Of a stretch of 64,000 nt of DNA, positions 23,790 to 36,330 are shown one piece after another (within the stretch, counting starts at the first letter, position 1; each line of letters opens with the position of its first letter). A model generated the notes under the pieces. It did no database searches. It was not told the DNA's origin and saw only the letters and a program-made list of their open reading frames with translations. This stretch comes from Octopus sinensis. Its lineage: Eukaryota. Location of the stretch: positions 21,266,001 to 21,330,000 of the forward strand of contig NC_043016.1 of NCBI RefSeq assembly GCF_006345805.1. The letters run 5' to 3'. The translations under genes were made by a program, and so were the position numbers.

Positions 23790-24215
23790 AAAAAAAACAA
23801 AAGATGAAGACACGTGGTGTAGGCAACATACAGATGTATTAGTTTAACGCTCAGAAATTTAAAGTTTTGAGCCTACACTCTTCCACAGAAAGAAACAAGG
23901 AGAGAAAATAAAGAATGTGTAGAGGCTAGCGACCTATCATGGCAGATGCTGGACGGAAGAGTCACACAGGAGAGCTAGGAAGAAGAGGAGATAATAAAGT
24001 AGTGGCGATCCCCAAAAAAGTGCACGTGCATGTATATAAGAGAGTATGCGTGTGTGTGTGGAAGAGAGCTGGTGACATTCACGTGTGAATGTGTGTAGGT
24101 GTGAATATGTGGGGCTGGGAAATAGTCAGTGCACACACACGCACACACACACACACACATAAAATAGTGTGCATTTAACACAAGAGAAGCTGCCTTTAAC
24201 AGGCAGCTTAACATG
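23790..24215 (-). mobile_element. Penelope terminal (pLTR-like) region with degenerate hammerhead
   Basis: Reverse complement matches 12.6-12.95 kb and 39320-39540; CTTT-CTGTGGA-A-GAGT(GTAG)GCTC-AAAAC at 23858-23892. Confidence 0.7.
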
Positions 24216-24251
24216 TATATATGTATGTATGTATATATTTATGTATATATT

Positions 24252-24305
<54 letters not shown>

Positions 24306-24420
24306 TAATATATATAGTTAATCCAGGCATGAAAACACAAAGAGAAACCACAACAACGCAAGGATGTGGAACAAGTATAGTGGTATTGGACGCTCAGGAA
24401 AGGAAAGAAAGAAGGAGGAA

Positions 24421-24453
24421 TTAACGTTTCGAGCAGAGCACTTCGTCAGAAAC
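24421..24453 (-). ncRNA. Minimal type I hammerhead ribozyme motif
   Basis: Minus strand GTTT-CTGACGA-A-GTGC(TCT)GCTC-GAAAC-GTTAA: both conserved core boxes intact, one mismatch in stem II, weak stem I. Confidence 0.6.
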
Positions 24454-24884
24454 ATAGAAAAAGGGAAGGTCCAAGGAAGGGAAGACAGAGAAAGAAAATC
24501 ACCAACGATACACATGCAGTCACATATTGAATATATATACATATATAAACATATATATATAAATAATAATAATAATAATCGTTTAGCGTCCGTTTTCCAT
24601 GCTAGCATGGGTTATATATATATATATATAAACAACTTATAAATAAGGGCAAACGAAAAAATTTCAAATGCCAAATATGCCAAAATTGGACATATTGTCC
24701 ATAACCATATAATTTTACACAATATGCACGCTACTCGAAAAAAGGTCGACAGAAATTTCTAAAAAATTCCATTATTACCATATTATATATATATACATAG
24801 GTATACATATACATATAAACACAGGTATACATATACATATATATATATATATATATATACATATATGACAGTACTTTCGTAGAT

Positions 24885-25636
24885 AAAGCGCTATCTGAAT
24901 TGACAGTACCTTGGTAGATAAAGCAATTAAGAGTATGAACACAGGGAAAGCTATCAGCCCATCAGGAATCACTGCAGAGATGCTCAAAATATCTGGCGGT
25001 GTTGGCTATAGCCTAGTCACCCATATAGTTAACCGGGTGAGACACTAAGGAGTCATACCCAATGACTGGTGTAGTAGCACCATAATCAACTGCTACAAAG
25101 GTAAAGATGATGATTTAGATACGCATAATTACAGAGGTATCAAGTTGTTCGATCAGGCAATGAAGGTCATGGAGAGGGTAATAGCCCAACTAATTAGAGA
25201 GAGAGTCAGTTTAGATGAGATGTAGTTTGGGTTCGTGCCAGGGAAAAGCACCACTGATGCAATATTTCTGGTAAGACAGCTGCAGGAAAAATACCTAGCC
25301 AAAGATAACCGTCTGTACCTGGCTTTCATTGACATGGAGACAGCCATTGAAAGGGTTCCCCGATCCCTTATCTGGTGGTCAATGAGGAAACTAGGGATAG
25401 ATGAATGGTTAGTGAGAGCTGTGCAAGCCATGTACAGGGACACTGTCAATAAGGTGAGGATTGGCAACGAGTACTGTGAAGAATTCCAGGTAGAGGTAGG
25501 GACCATCGAGGTTCAGTCCTCAGACCTCTCCTATTTATCATAGTCCTCCAGGCAATAACAGAGGAATTCAAGATAGTCCTCAGTCAAATCGTCCAACCCA
25601 TACCAGCATGGAAAGCGGACGTTAAATGATGATGAT
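24885..25636 (+). mobile_element. RTE RT fragment fused to a short 3' tail
   Basis: PGKSTTDAIFLVRQLQEKYLAKD...; truncated at 25580 and followed by CCATACCAGCATGGAAAGCGGACG(GAT)n. Confidence 0.9.
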
Positions 25637-26045
25637 ATACATATATATACATACATATGTACATATATATAAATACATACATATATAAATACATACATAT
25701 ATGTATACACATACATACATATATACACACACACATATACACATACATATAGACATATATATACATGTACATATAGACATATATATACAAGTACATATAC
25801 ACATACATATATATACACACACACATATATATAATACATACATATATATACATACATATACACATATACATACATATATAAATACATACACACATATACA
25901 TACATACATACATAGATATATACATACATATAAATATACATACATACATATATATATACATACAATATACATACATACATATATATATACATACATATAC
26001 ATACATACATATATATATAACATACAATATACATACATACATACC

Positions 26046-26095
<50 letters not shown>

Positions 26096-26160
26096 CATAT
26101 ATATATAGATATATATACATACATATATATACATATATATATATATATACATATATATGT
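25637..26160. repeat. Compound (TA)/(TACA) microsatellite
   Basis: Low-complexity tract. Confidence 0.95.
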
Positions 26161-26164
26161 GCTG

Positions 26165-26682
26165 GCACACCCTCGTTATCAAGTATGGCCATTGCGCGAA
26201 GCTTAATCAATGTTGTTATCGTGCAATGCCTGTGCAAGATTTTTTTTAAAGTGAGGAAAGGCTGTGCACTGAGTCAATCCCACTCACTAAGCAGCGGCAG
26301 CCATAATCCGAAAAGAAGAACAAGTCAACATCATCGGTAACCACTGAGCTGCAGGTTTTATGTCGGAGTTATCCCAGTTACCTGAGTTACCTTCTCCTAG
26401 AAGGATGCCCTAACAAAGGCTAGGAGTCCTTCACTCCCAATGGTTTAACCGCATGATCGGGTATTCAGTCCGATTATTTCTATGTCCCCACGCATGATAC
26501 AGCTTTAAGACATTTATTGGATGGCCGTTGACTCCCAAGAGTTCCTCCGCCCTTTGACGGATTTTGTTTTTCATCCCGCAGGGTGTCCAATAAACACCCT
26601 CCTCACCAAGCAAGCTTGGTGGGGTTGCTGGTTTAGTTGCCGACGACCTTACCATGCAACAGGTTGTACTGGGTTACATGTT
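26165..26682 (-). mobile_element. Probable RTE-clade 5' UTR fragment
   Basis: Minus strand has ...GGTGAGGAGGGTG... and CTAGGAGAAGGTAACTC, motifs I recall from RTE 5' UTRs; not verifiable within the window. Confidence 0.45.
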
Positions 26683-26864
26683 ACCAGTGGCACGTAAAAA
26701 GCACCCACTACACTCACGGAGTGGTTGGCGTTAGAAAGGGCATCCAGCCGTAGAAACATTGCCAGATCATACTGGGCCTGGTGCAGCCTTCTGGCTTCCC
26801 AGACCCCAGTTGAACCATCCAACCCATGCTACCATGGAAAGCGGATGCTAAACGATGATGATGA
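26683..26864 (+). mobile_element. RTE 3' tail copy
   Basis: GTGGCACGTAAAAAGCACCCACTACACTCACGGAG...(GAT)n. Confidence 0.9.
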
Positions 26865-27416
26865 TATATATATACATACATATGCATATACATATACATA
26901 CATATGCATATATATATATACACATACATATATACATATATATATATACATACATATATACATATATACATACATATACATATATACATATATACATACA
27001 TACATATATATACATACATATATACACATATATATACATACATACATACATATATATACATATATATATATACATACATACATATATATACATATATATA
27101 TATATACATACATACATATACATATATATATATATACATACATACATATATATACATATATATATAACATACATATGTATATATACATACATATGTATAT
27201 ATACATACATTATATATGTATATACATATATATATATACATACATATGTATATATACATATATGTATATATACATACATATATATATTTTATATACATAT
27301 ATATATACATACATGTATATATATACATACATATGTATATATATTACATACATATGTATATATATAGACATATATGTACATATATATACATACATATGTA
27401 TATATATAGACATATA

Positions 27417-27453
<37 letters not shown>

Positions 27454-27583
27454 TACATGTATATATATACATACATATGTATAATATAGACATATATGTA
27501 CATATATATACATACATATGTATATATATAGACATATATGTACATATATATACATACATATGTAATAATAGACATATATGTAC

Positions 27584-27622
<39 letters not shown>

Positions 27623-27635
27623 TACATACACATAC
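26865..27635. repeat. Compound (TA)/(TACA) microsatellite with higher-order units
   Basis: AGACATATATGTACATATATA recurs five times in 27340-27600. Confidence 0.92.
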
Positions 27636-27890
27636 ATGTGGAGGGGCAATGGCCCAGTGGCTAGGGCAGACAGGATGTTGTGTTTATTGAGCGAAAACGC
27701 CTAAAATCTCCACGAGGCTCTGGCAGGTAGTGGTGATCCCTACTGTACTCTTTCACCACTCTTTCTTCTGTTGGCCTGCTCGCTTAGCCAGCGTGGTGGC
27801 GTCATTCGAAGGCTAAAACAATATGAAGCGCATTGTGACTAGCGATGTGTAGCAACATCTGATGGTCTGGTCGGTCACGTGATCACATAC
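27636..27890 (+). mobile_element. tRNA-derived SINE (type 3), B box deleted
   Basis: GTGGAGGGGCAATGGCCCAGTGGCTAG A-box-like head; GC-rich body ending GGTCACGTGATCAC. Confidence 0.6.
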
Positions 27891-27994
27891 ATACATATAT
27901 ATATATACATCAATATAGATATATATAAACATACATATATATATATATATATACATCTATATATATACACACATATATATATAAACATACATAT

Positions 27995-28125
27995 ATTACG
28001 AAGGGCATCCAGCTGTAGAAACTCTGCCAGATCAGACTGGAGTCTGGTTCGCCAGACCTCAGTCAAATCGTCCAACTCATGCTAGCATGGAAAGCGGACG
28101 TTAAATGATGGTGATGATGGTGATA
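27995..28125 (+). mobile_element. RTE 3' tail copy
   Basis: AAGGGCATCCAGCTGTAGAAAC...CATGCTAGCATGG...GATGGTGATG. Confidence 0.9.
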
Positions 28126-28129
28126 TATG

Positions 28130-29560
28130 TATCTACTATATATGTGGAAAAATCAGTGTGTGTCTGTCTGTGGCATTGTTAGCCAACTCATCCTACATCG
28201 TTTTATAGATTTTTATGAAATGTGACACACGAGTAGAACTCATGTCTAGAAACCTCATGACACACTTAGATTGTTGAAAATATTGTTAATACTGACCCTG
28301 GAAAGGACCTTTATATCTACGTCAAAGAACTTGCTTTTTTGGAACCAAAGGGAAATAACCCATAGCACTATAACAATATTTTTTTAAACAGTCAGGGGAA
28401 ATAACCCATTTCATCCTTTATGATCAATTACGTTGAATATTGATTTTTTGTGTGTCCTATTTTTAATTTTTGCAGACAATATCACTTTTATACTTTATTT
28501 GATATGCGAGTAGAAATGTCTGGAAACCTCATGACATACTTAGATTGTTGAAAAATATCGATAATAGGGCTCCTCCATTGGATTCTTCTATCTACTACAT
28601 ATTAACAATATTTTATTTAAACATCCTAAGGGAAATAACCCATACCACCTGCAGTTTTCAGCAAAGCGATCAATATTTGATTCTCACAATTAGCCAACCT
28701 AATTCTGCATTTCACTACTCAGTTTTAAACTGCTAAACATTATTGTTGCACATCCTTAATTTGAATCTTAAACCTTGAAGACTTCATTCATACATTTCTA
28801 TACATACATACTTTCTTAAATGCCCATTACTCCCATAATTCTGCATTTTTACAGTTACACTTTTTCCATGACAGTAGATAAATTATTTTATTTCACAACA
28901 TATTTGACATACATACATATAGACATACATACATACATATAAATATATATAGATACATACATACATATACACATATATATACATACATAGATACATATAG
29001 ACATACATACATATATATACACACACACATACATACATATATATATACATCTACTACATATGTGGAAAATCAGTATGTGTTTGTGGCTTTGTTAACTAGC
29101 TCTTCCTACATCGTTATATTGATTTTGATGAAACTTGACATGTGAGTAAACTGTCTGGAAACCTCGTGGCATACTTAGATTGTTGAAAAAATTGATAATA
29201 CGGCCAAAGGAAGACCTTTACATCTCTATTCTTTTTTTAAACACCCAAGGGAAATAAGTCATACCACCTACAGAATATTTTTTAAACACTCAAGGGAAAT
29301 AACCCATTTCATTGTTTATGTTCAATTACTTTGAACCAATGATCAGCCAACCTAATTCTGCATTTCACTACTCACAGTTTTGAACTGCTAAACATTATTA
29401 TTGCACTTCCTTAATTTGAATCTTAAACCTTAAAGACTTCATTCATACATTTCTATACATACATACTTTTTTGAATGCCCATTACTCCAATAATTCTGCA
29501 TTTTTACAGTTACACTTTTTCCATGACAGTAGATAAATTTTGTATTCCACAATGTATTTG
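28130..29560. repeat. Local duplication of a repeat element (two diverged copies, 28130 and 29049)
   Basis: Both start ATCTACTA.ATATGTGGAAAA; 28684-28880 matches 29344-29540; the first copy has an internal duplication. Confidence 0.85.
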
Positions 29561-29954
29561 TATCGGCATCATGCAGGCATAGTGTAGATTCAACCCTCCA
29601 ATGCCAAATTTCAGTTAACACTTCAACAGTGCTTTTCTCACAGTATAACAATAGTTTTTCTTTGAATGACAGCAGATGCCTTCGCTAAGCAGAATAATGT
29701 CTTTGCCACTTGAACCTTCCAACCTCTTCTAGGCCACCAGGGGCTGGAATGGAGATAACAGACCGCCAACAAAATCAATTGTTCTCAACAATGTCTATCC
29801 TTCTGGCTGCTTTTCGATAGTTATAAAAACAAGGACTCTGTAAGCTAAACGCAGTTACTGAGAGCGACCATCAGTGAGTGTGGATGTTATTATTGCACTT
29901 TCTTCAAACACTTCATTCATATATTTATATACATATAATCTCTCCCTCCTCCAG

Positions 29955-30434
29955 CTGGAATTTTTTGCGGAGGGTGAAATTGGTAACAAGAACAGGACAG
30001 TGAGAACAAAACAGTATATATTATTTATATTATTATACGATTGAATGCCAGGCATCCTTTTCCAAGTAAGTTTTATCTTAATAATTACGATGCACACTCT
30101 TCTACCTTTACTATCTCTTCTCTGTCTATCTCTCTCCCTCTCTCGTTCTTCATCCTTTCTGGGTTTTCTCTCTCACCATTTCCTATCATCTCCTCTTCCC
30201 CATTCCCTCTCTCTCACTCCTCCTCCTTGACTCTTTCGTCACTGACACATGACGAAAGATAATCTGTCTTTCTGCCCACAACATGTTTATACTGTCTCCT
30301 TCTTAAGCTCATCTTCCTTGTGTTCAGAAATATTTTTCTATCGTCTCGGCTTAACAGCTCTCACCGTTTGTTTTTACTGTTTTGTTCTCACTGTCCTGTT
30401 CTTTTTACCAATTTCACCCTCCGCAAAAAATTCC
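29955..30434. repeat. ~60-bp inverted repeat pair with ~360-bp spacer
   Basis: GGAATTTTTTGCGGAGGGTGAAATTGGTAA...GAACAAAACAGTA at ~29955-30015 and its reverse complement at ~30374-30434. Confidence 0.9.
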
Positions 30435-30746
30435 TCATTTTATTTAATTTGCTTTGCGAGAAGGACTGTTTCAATGAAGTCGCGTCTTGTCCTTGCCTTT
30501 GAAATGTGGAGTAGATGAAACAAGGACAACTGAAGAAGGAGAATATTCTTTATGTTGTATGTCTCGTTTCTCTGGGTTCTTTTCATTGTTCGAAAAATAG
30601 CTCATTTCTATGCTTTTATTTTTGTGTTTTTGTTTCTCATTGTGTTCAACGTTTTTTTGATGTCCTGTACCCATATATGCATGTATATATACATATATAT
30701 GTAGGTATGTACATATATGTATGTATATATTTATATATTAATATAT

Positions 30747-31600
30747 TACTAGCAGTATAGCCCAGCTTTCCTCATGATTAAGTTAAGATTATTAAGCTAA
30801 ACAAGCTCTATATTTCAAAACAAACTGAGTGAAATCTGTTCAAATTGGTAAACTTTTGGCTGAAATTTTGCAGACAATTTGATTGGGAAATCCCATAAGG
30901 AATCAGTTTATCGATTTTTTCCACTAATCAATTGTTTTTTTTTTTTCGTTTTTGGAGAACTTAAAGCATTCAAAGATCCTATGATTCCTAATTAATGCTG
31001 GTATCAAGTTTGAACAAAATACAGATATCTCCTTTCAAAAACATGAACAGTTTTGACACTGTTTACAAAATAATAGCTGATCGTTTGTGAAGGAGCGTGT
31101 CTACAGTCAACACGTAGGTCTTTTGCTCTGGTAACCTCTGCTCTCTCCCATGTTCACGCATGACCAGCTATATATCGCTATGAGTAGAGCAATGGATTCA
31201 GCTAATTTGGCAATTAGTTGTGGAGAAACGAAGAATATCGTTTATATTGTGTGTGTGTATATATATATACGGGCAACACACACACATACATACATGCATA
31301 ACAACACCTGTGTCTGTTTTTGCCTGTCAATCACTCAGCAAGAAGATGAAATTTTAAAAATCTGTTCTCTCTCTCTATCTCTTCCTCTCTTAACAATGTG
31401 AAAATTGTTAAGTTAAGGTCGAAAATTTAATTTTACTGCTATTCGCTGGTGCCTCGGGGGGGGAAATAATTTGACGAAAATGCAACTAGGAACGTGATGA
31501 ATGTCTTCCTAAAATTGGAGTGACGTGCGTGCTAATTTGTGGGCGTGCAAACACTACATTCACGTACACACACACCCTGCCTTTCATATATATATACAGA
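30747..31600 (+). mobile_element. Non-autonomous Helitron-type element with helicase motif VI relic
   Basis: 5' ACTAGCAGTATAGCCCAGC; internal FTHDQLYIAMSRA...TKNIVY; 3' CCTTTCATATATATATACAGAT. Confidence 0.65.
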
Positions 31601-31659
31601 TTTATATTATATGATCAAACGCCACACATCCTTTCCCAAGTGAGTTTTATCTACATATA

Positions 31660-32013
31660 TATAAACATATATACATATATATATACATCTATATAAACAC
31701 ATACATACACATATATATATATATATATATAAGCATACCTATATATACATATGTATATATAAACATACCTATATATACATATGTATATATAAACATACCT
31801 ATATATACATATGTATATATAAACATATATATATATTATATATACACATCTATCTATCTATATATATATATACACATCTATCTATCTATATATATATACA
31901 CATCTATCTATCTATCTATATATACACATCTATCTATCTATCTATATATACACATCTATCTATCTATATATACACATCTATCTATCTATATATACACATC
32001 TATCTATTATCTA

Positions 32014-32063
<50 letters not shown>

Positions 32064-32085
32064 CACATACACACATATATATACA
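31660..32085. repeat. (TA)/(ATCT) compound microsatellite
   Basis: Repeated ACACATCTATCTATCTATATATAT units. Confidence 0.95.
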
Positions 32086-32089
32086 TTAT

Positions 32090-32478
32090 ATACTCTTTTA
32101 CTTGTTTCAGTCATTTGACTGTGGCCATGCTGGAGCATCACCTTAGTCGAGCAAATCAACCCCAGGACTTATTCTTTGTAAGCCTAGTACTTATTCTATT
32201 GTCTCTTTTGCTGAACCGCTAAGTTACAGGGACGTAAACACACCAGCATCGGTTGTCAAGCGATGTTGGGGGAACAAACATAGACACACAAACATATACA
32301 CACACACATATATATATACATATATATGACGGGCTACTTTCATTTTCCGTCTACCAAATCCACTCACAAGGCTTTGGCTGGTCTAAGGCTATAGTAGAAG
32401 ACACTTGCCCAAGGTGCCACGCAGTGAGACAGAACCCAGAACTATGTGGTTCATAAGCAAGCTACTAACCACAGCCCC
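32090..32478 (-). mobile_element. tRNA-derived SINE (type 1)
   Basis: GGGCTGTGGTTAGTAGCTTGC head, GGTTCTGTCTC B-box-like motif; homologous to 4120-4440. Confidence 0.88.
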
Positions 32479-32644
32479 TTCTATGCCTATATATATATAT
32501 ATATACACACACACACATATATACTTATATATACACATATATACATATATATATACACATACATATACACATATATATCCACATACATATACACATATAT
32601 ATCCACTTATACACACATATATACACATACACATATACATATGT

Positions 32645-32695
<51 letters not shown>

Positions 32696-32715
32696 AATAT
32701 TAATATACATATATC

Positions 32716-32750
<35 letters not shown>

Positions 32751-34029
32751 GAGGGTTTGGGTCAAAATTGTGTGCACATTTTGCTATGTCAGAGGTTGGC
32801 AGCCAGACCAGTGGTTGGATCGAGCTGAAAATTGACGCAAGCATAGAAGGCATGATGAGGTAGAGAGTTGAGTAGGTTAAAACTCGCCATCTGGAAAGAT
32901 GCAGTTGCTATGGTGAGAAGAGTGATTTTTTATTGATTGAAGGGAGCTCTAAGCCCCTCCAGATTGGCACGATTGGTATCTAATCTAATCTATAAAATGA
33001 AGAAGGCAAACATTGATACAAATTGGATTTTTATGTAAAACGGGGTTTGAAGGGGATTAAAATTTACAGGAGGAGGTAACTTGAGGTGAGAAATTGATTG
33101 GGAGACATTTTGGGGTGCTACAGTGGTTGCTTTGCTGTGAAAACAGGGATTTTATTGATTTTTGGGGACACTTGGGGGGGGGGGTCGAGATTGGAGACCT
33201 TTTGCCCGATTTCAATCAAACTTTCAACACGGTAAAGTGGAAGCAGATTTGTAATTTAAGCGCGGAAAATGGGTTCGAAGTTTTGAAAATTAAGGCAAGA
33301 TTTTTGAAGTTAAAAAAAATTTCTCATTTTTACGTATTTTTTTTTTGTTTTCAGTTTTCATTTTTTCTGAAAGAAATTTGCAGCTGCGTGTAGCCTGTGT
33401 TTAGAGCTTTCCTTTGCATGGTCAACTGTCGAAAAATTCCCAAAGTACTAAATTTAACAAAGAAATCCCTTTTTCCTTATTTTTAATCGCTCAAATAGTG
33501 GCACGTACAAAAGGCGAGTGTGCTTTCTGTTGTCACTGCCTGATATTTATGATTGATCTTTCAAAATATTTTCTTTCTCAACTTACTCAAGATTATCTTT
33601 TGTTTTTTATAAATGGGAGAGAGATAGATGAAGAAAGATATAGAGTAAGAGAAAGCGAGAGAGAGTCCGAGAGAAAGGAAGAGTAAGGGAGTGGGAAAGT
33701 GAGAGAGAAAGGAGAGAGAAACAAAGAGGGAGAATGTGGCAATAAGAAACAGAAAGTAACAACCACACCCTCACCCGTGAGTAGAGCAGGTCACCTTAAA
33801 TTGGTGTATATATATATATATATATATTGTCCATGTCTGTAATTATTTTTACTGTTTACCTATATATATATATATATATATACACATACACGTATATACA
33901 TAAAATCAAAATTTATGTGCTAAATTTCAGTAGAAAAAATACCAGAAACATGCTAAAAATGCTAAAGACTAATCATATCAAAAGGGTTAATTTTTATTTA
34001 CGTTTTTATTTACTTTCTTTAAATTATAT

Positions 34030-36330
34030 TCAGCATTGAGAAATAATTTCTTGAATGTCACTGATTTGATAACTTTCAGCTGCAGTGCCAAGGTCTTGAC
34101 TTCTGTATACATTCAAGGTCCCAATCTTGTTAATTATGTGTTTTGGAATATCAAAGTTTTTGCATCATTTGCCATATCTTTTCAGGCCAAATTTTATAGA
34201 CAGTATTGATCTAAGCATACGAAGATGCATTTTGGAGTAAAGATTGTTTGCCAACATAACATGGCAGTCCTGGTTTAGGACTAATCTTGCTGTAATTTAG
34301 CCCCAGAGACATTGTCTCCAGCTGGCTATAGGACACAATCTGTGTCCTTATATTTTTGAACAAGGGAATGTAGTACCCCCACTCAGCTCAAAAAAAGGAC
34401 ACAGATTGTGTCATATAGCCAGCTGGAGACAATGTCTCCTGGGGCTAAATTACAGCAACATTAGTCCTAAACCAGGACTGCCATATTATGTTGGCAAACA
34501 ATCTTTACTACAAAGTACTGTTGCTAAATATCTCTCATTGTGAGATTTACAAATAGTTATTTACTAAGATGCATTTTGTTTTTCAATTTTGATTTGACAA
34601 CACCCATACTACAGAACAACCATTCAACTTCTGCATTTGAGTTTGGCAATGTCAATAGATTAATGGCAAAATTTGCAACATCTCTAAAAGGATTTCCTCC
34701 AGTAGCATCTTTATATTCCAAGACTTCTAGCCAGAATGCTTCAGTATTAGACGTTTATGTCCATTTAACTAAAATGAATGCTATTAAACTGAATTTCATT
34801 TGAAGCAATTTCTTTTTCATTTAAATGCATTGCTTCTAAGACAGGTAAAATAGGCTCTTTGAAATGCTGCAAAATATTCTCTACTGAAAAACATTAATAT
34901 TTCCTGGCAAACAGTGCTTGAGCTCTTTATAAAGACAGAGTAAAAATTGTTGTTCTCTTTTGTGAATATTATTTAATTTGGTGGCTGTTACAGTCTTCTT
35001 GATAATCATTTCTGTTATCTTTCTCTCGAACCTGTAGCCTAAATTTAGTTTAGGATCCAGAAATTTTTCAATAGAAACATCCAGATCAAGAGAATCAATT
35101 CTACCTGTTGGCAACACTATCATATTAGCAACAGATTTGATCAAATTTGCAAGATCTTCAAGTAATTTTGTTTTGTTGACAGTGTTTGATTCAAACAGTT
35201 TATTTACTTCCTGAACATGTTTTAAAATTGGATGCAAAAATAAAAGGTAATGTTCATTCCTAGAATCACAAAACATTTCATGTAATGCTTGTGCTATAAA
35301 GCATTTTCTTTTGTAGTTGGAAGTGAATTTGCAATTCAAACCATTGGCTTAAAATTCTATTTAGAGTCGATTCTATTGACAGCCAGCTAGTTGTACAAGA
35401 ATTCATGATCTTCAAAGGCTCTTTATCAATGATAGCAAGGTAAAGTTGTTTGTAGGCACTTTGTCTTGCTGAAGAATGAGAGGACCATTTATGGGTTTCG
35501 GATTCTAAAAATTCTAAATTTATGAGCAAGCATTCAGCACAAGTGTGGGATACTGCCAACTATAAAGAATGAGATACACATCTAAATAGAAGTAATGATG
35601 GAACTTCTTTTAATTTCTGCAAAACACCATTGTTGACTCCTATCATTACTCTAGCATTTTCGGTTCCTATAGCCAGTAAGTTTTTTATATTTTTTTCGCG
35701 AATTCAATTTTTAAGGCATCTACAATGCCATCTGCATCACATGTTGCTAAAGATACCACACTGAGATATGTATGTACCACTTTTTTGTGAGTGTCACTGT
35801 AATATATGATGACAATTCCTAACATCTTATTTATCAATGTGTCATTGGATTCATCTAAATTTTCTATCTCCTAAATCAGGAATCAAATCTCCATCAAAAT
35901 ATGGAGCTAGAACATTTCTCACAATATTTGCACATTTTGCATGATGCAACTTCACTTTGGACATAATATCACCATCAGATATATTATTCTTACATAACTC
36001 TATTAAGTGATCACAGCTATTAAATGATGAGTGGCAACAAATAAACATTGCTAAATTTGCTTCAAGCATAGATGTCTTATCATTTTTGGTTTTAATAAAA
36101 TTTGTAAGCGGAATCATTTGCTGTGGAGTTGATGCCTTATGTTTCTTTGCTTCACAGTGGCTTACTAAAAGAGAATATTTTGCCAACATATTACATCTTC
36201 TATATCTGCAATGTGCTTTAGATTGGTCACTAGGTACTTCACACAACCACTTAGTAAATGCTGGCATCTTAAGCCATTCCTTTCGGAATTTTTGCTGGTA
36301 CAAACCTTGTTTTTTCTTTGCTCATCTAGT
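34030..36330 (-). pseudogene. hAT-superfamily transposase pseudogene (ZNF862-like)
   Basis: N-terminal C2H2-like finger (AHCRYRRC...HCEAKKH), LDES first catalytic Asp region, CxxH, RWLS-like TTSWLS, C-terminal KMHLRMLRSILSIKFGLKR; many stops and frameshifts. Confidence 0.85.
34235..34565. mobile_element. Fold-back insertion with ~115-bp inverted arms and 13-bp target duplication
   Basis: Arms 34236-34349 and 34395-34509; AAGATGCATTTTG at 34222-34234 and 34566-34578. Confidence 0.85.

Noticed and set aside
25531-27704. Many 100-250 aa ORFs (MYVYI..., HTYI...), also at 10.4, 23.5 and 32.4 kb
   Set aside because: Translations of TA/CA/TACA microsatellites; no coding signal.
32785-32805. CAGAGGTTGGCAG as the partner TIR of the hAT element
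   Set aside because: Imperfect match, and the 8-bp flanks do not match those at 37200.
34019-34210. ~58-codon open plus-strand frame after a strong acceptor
   Set aside because: It is the antisense of the hAT transposase C-terminus.
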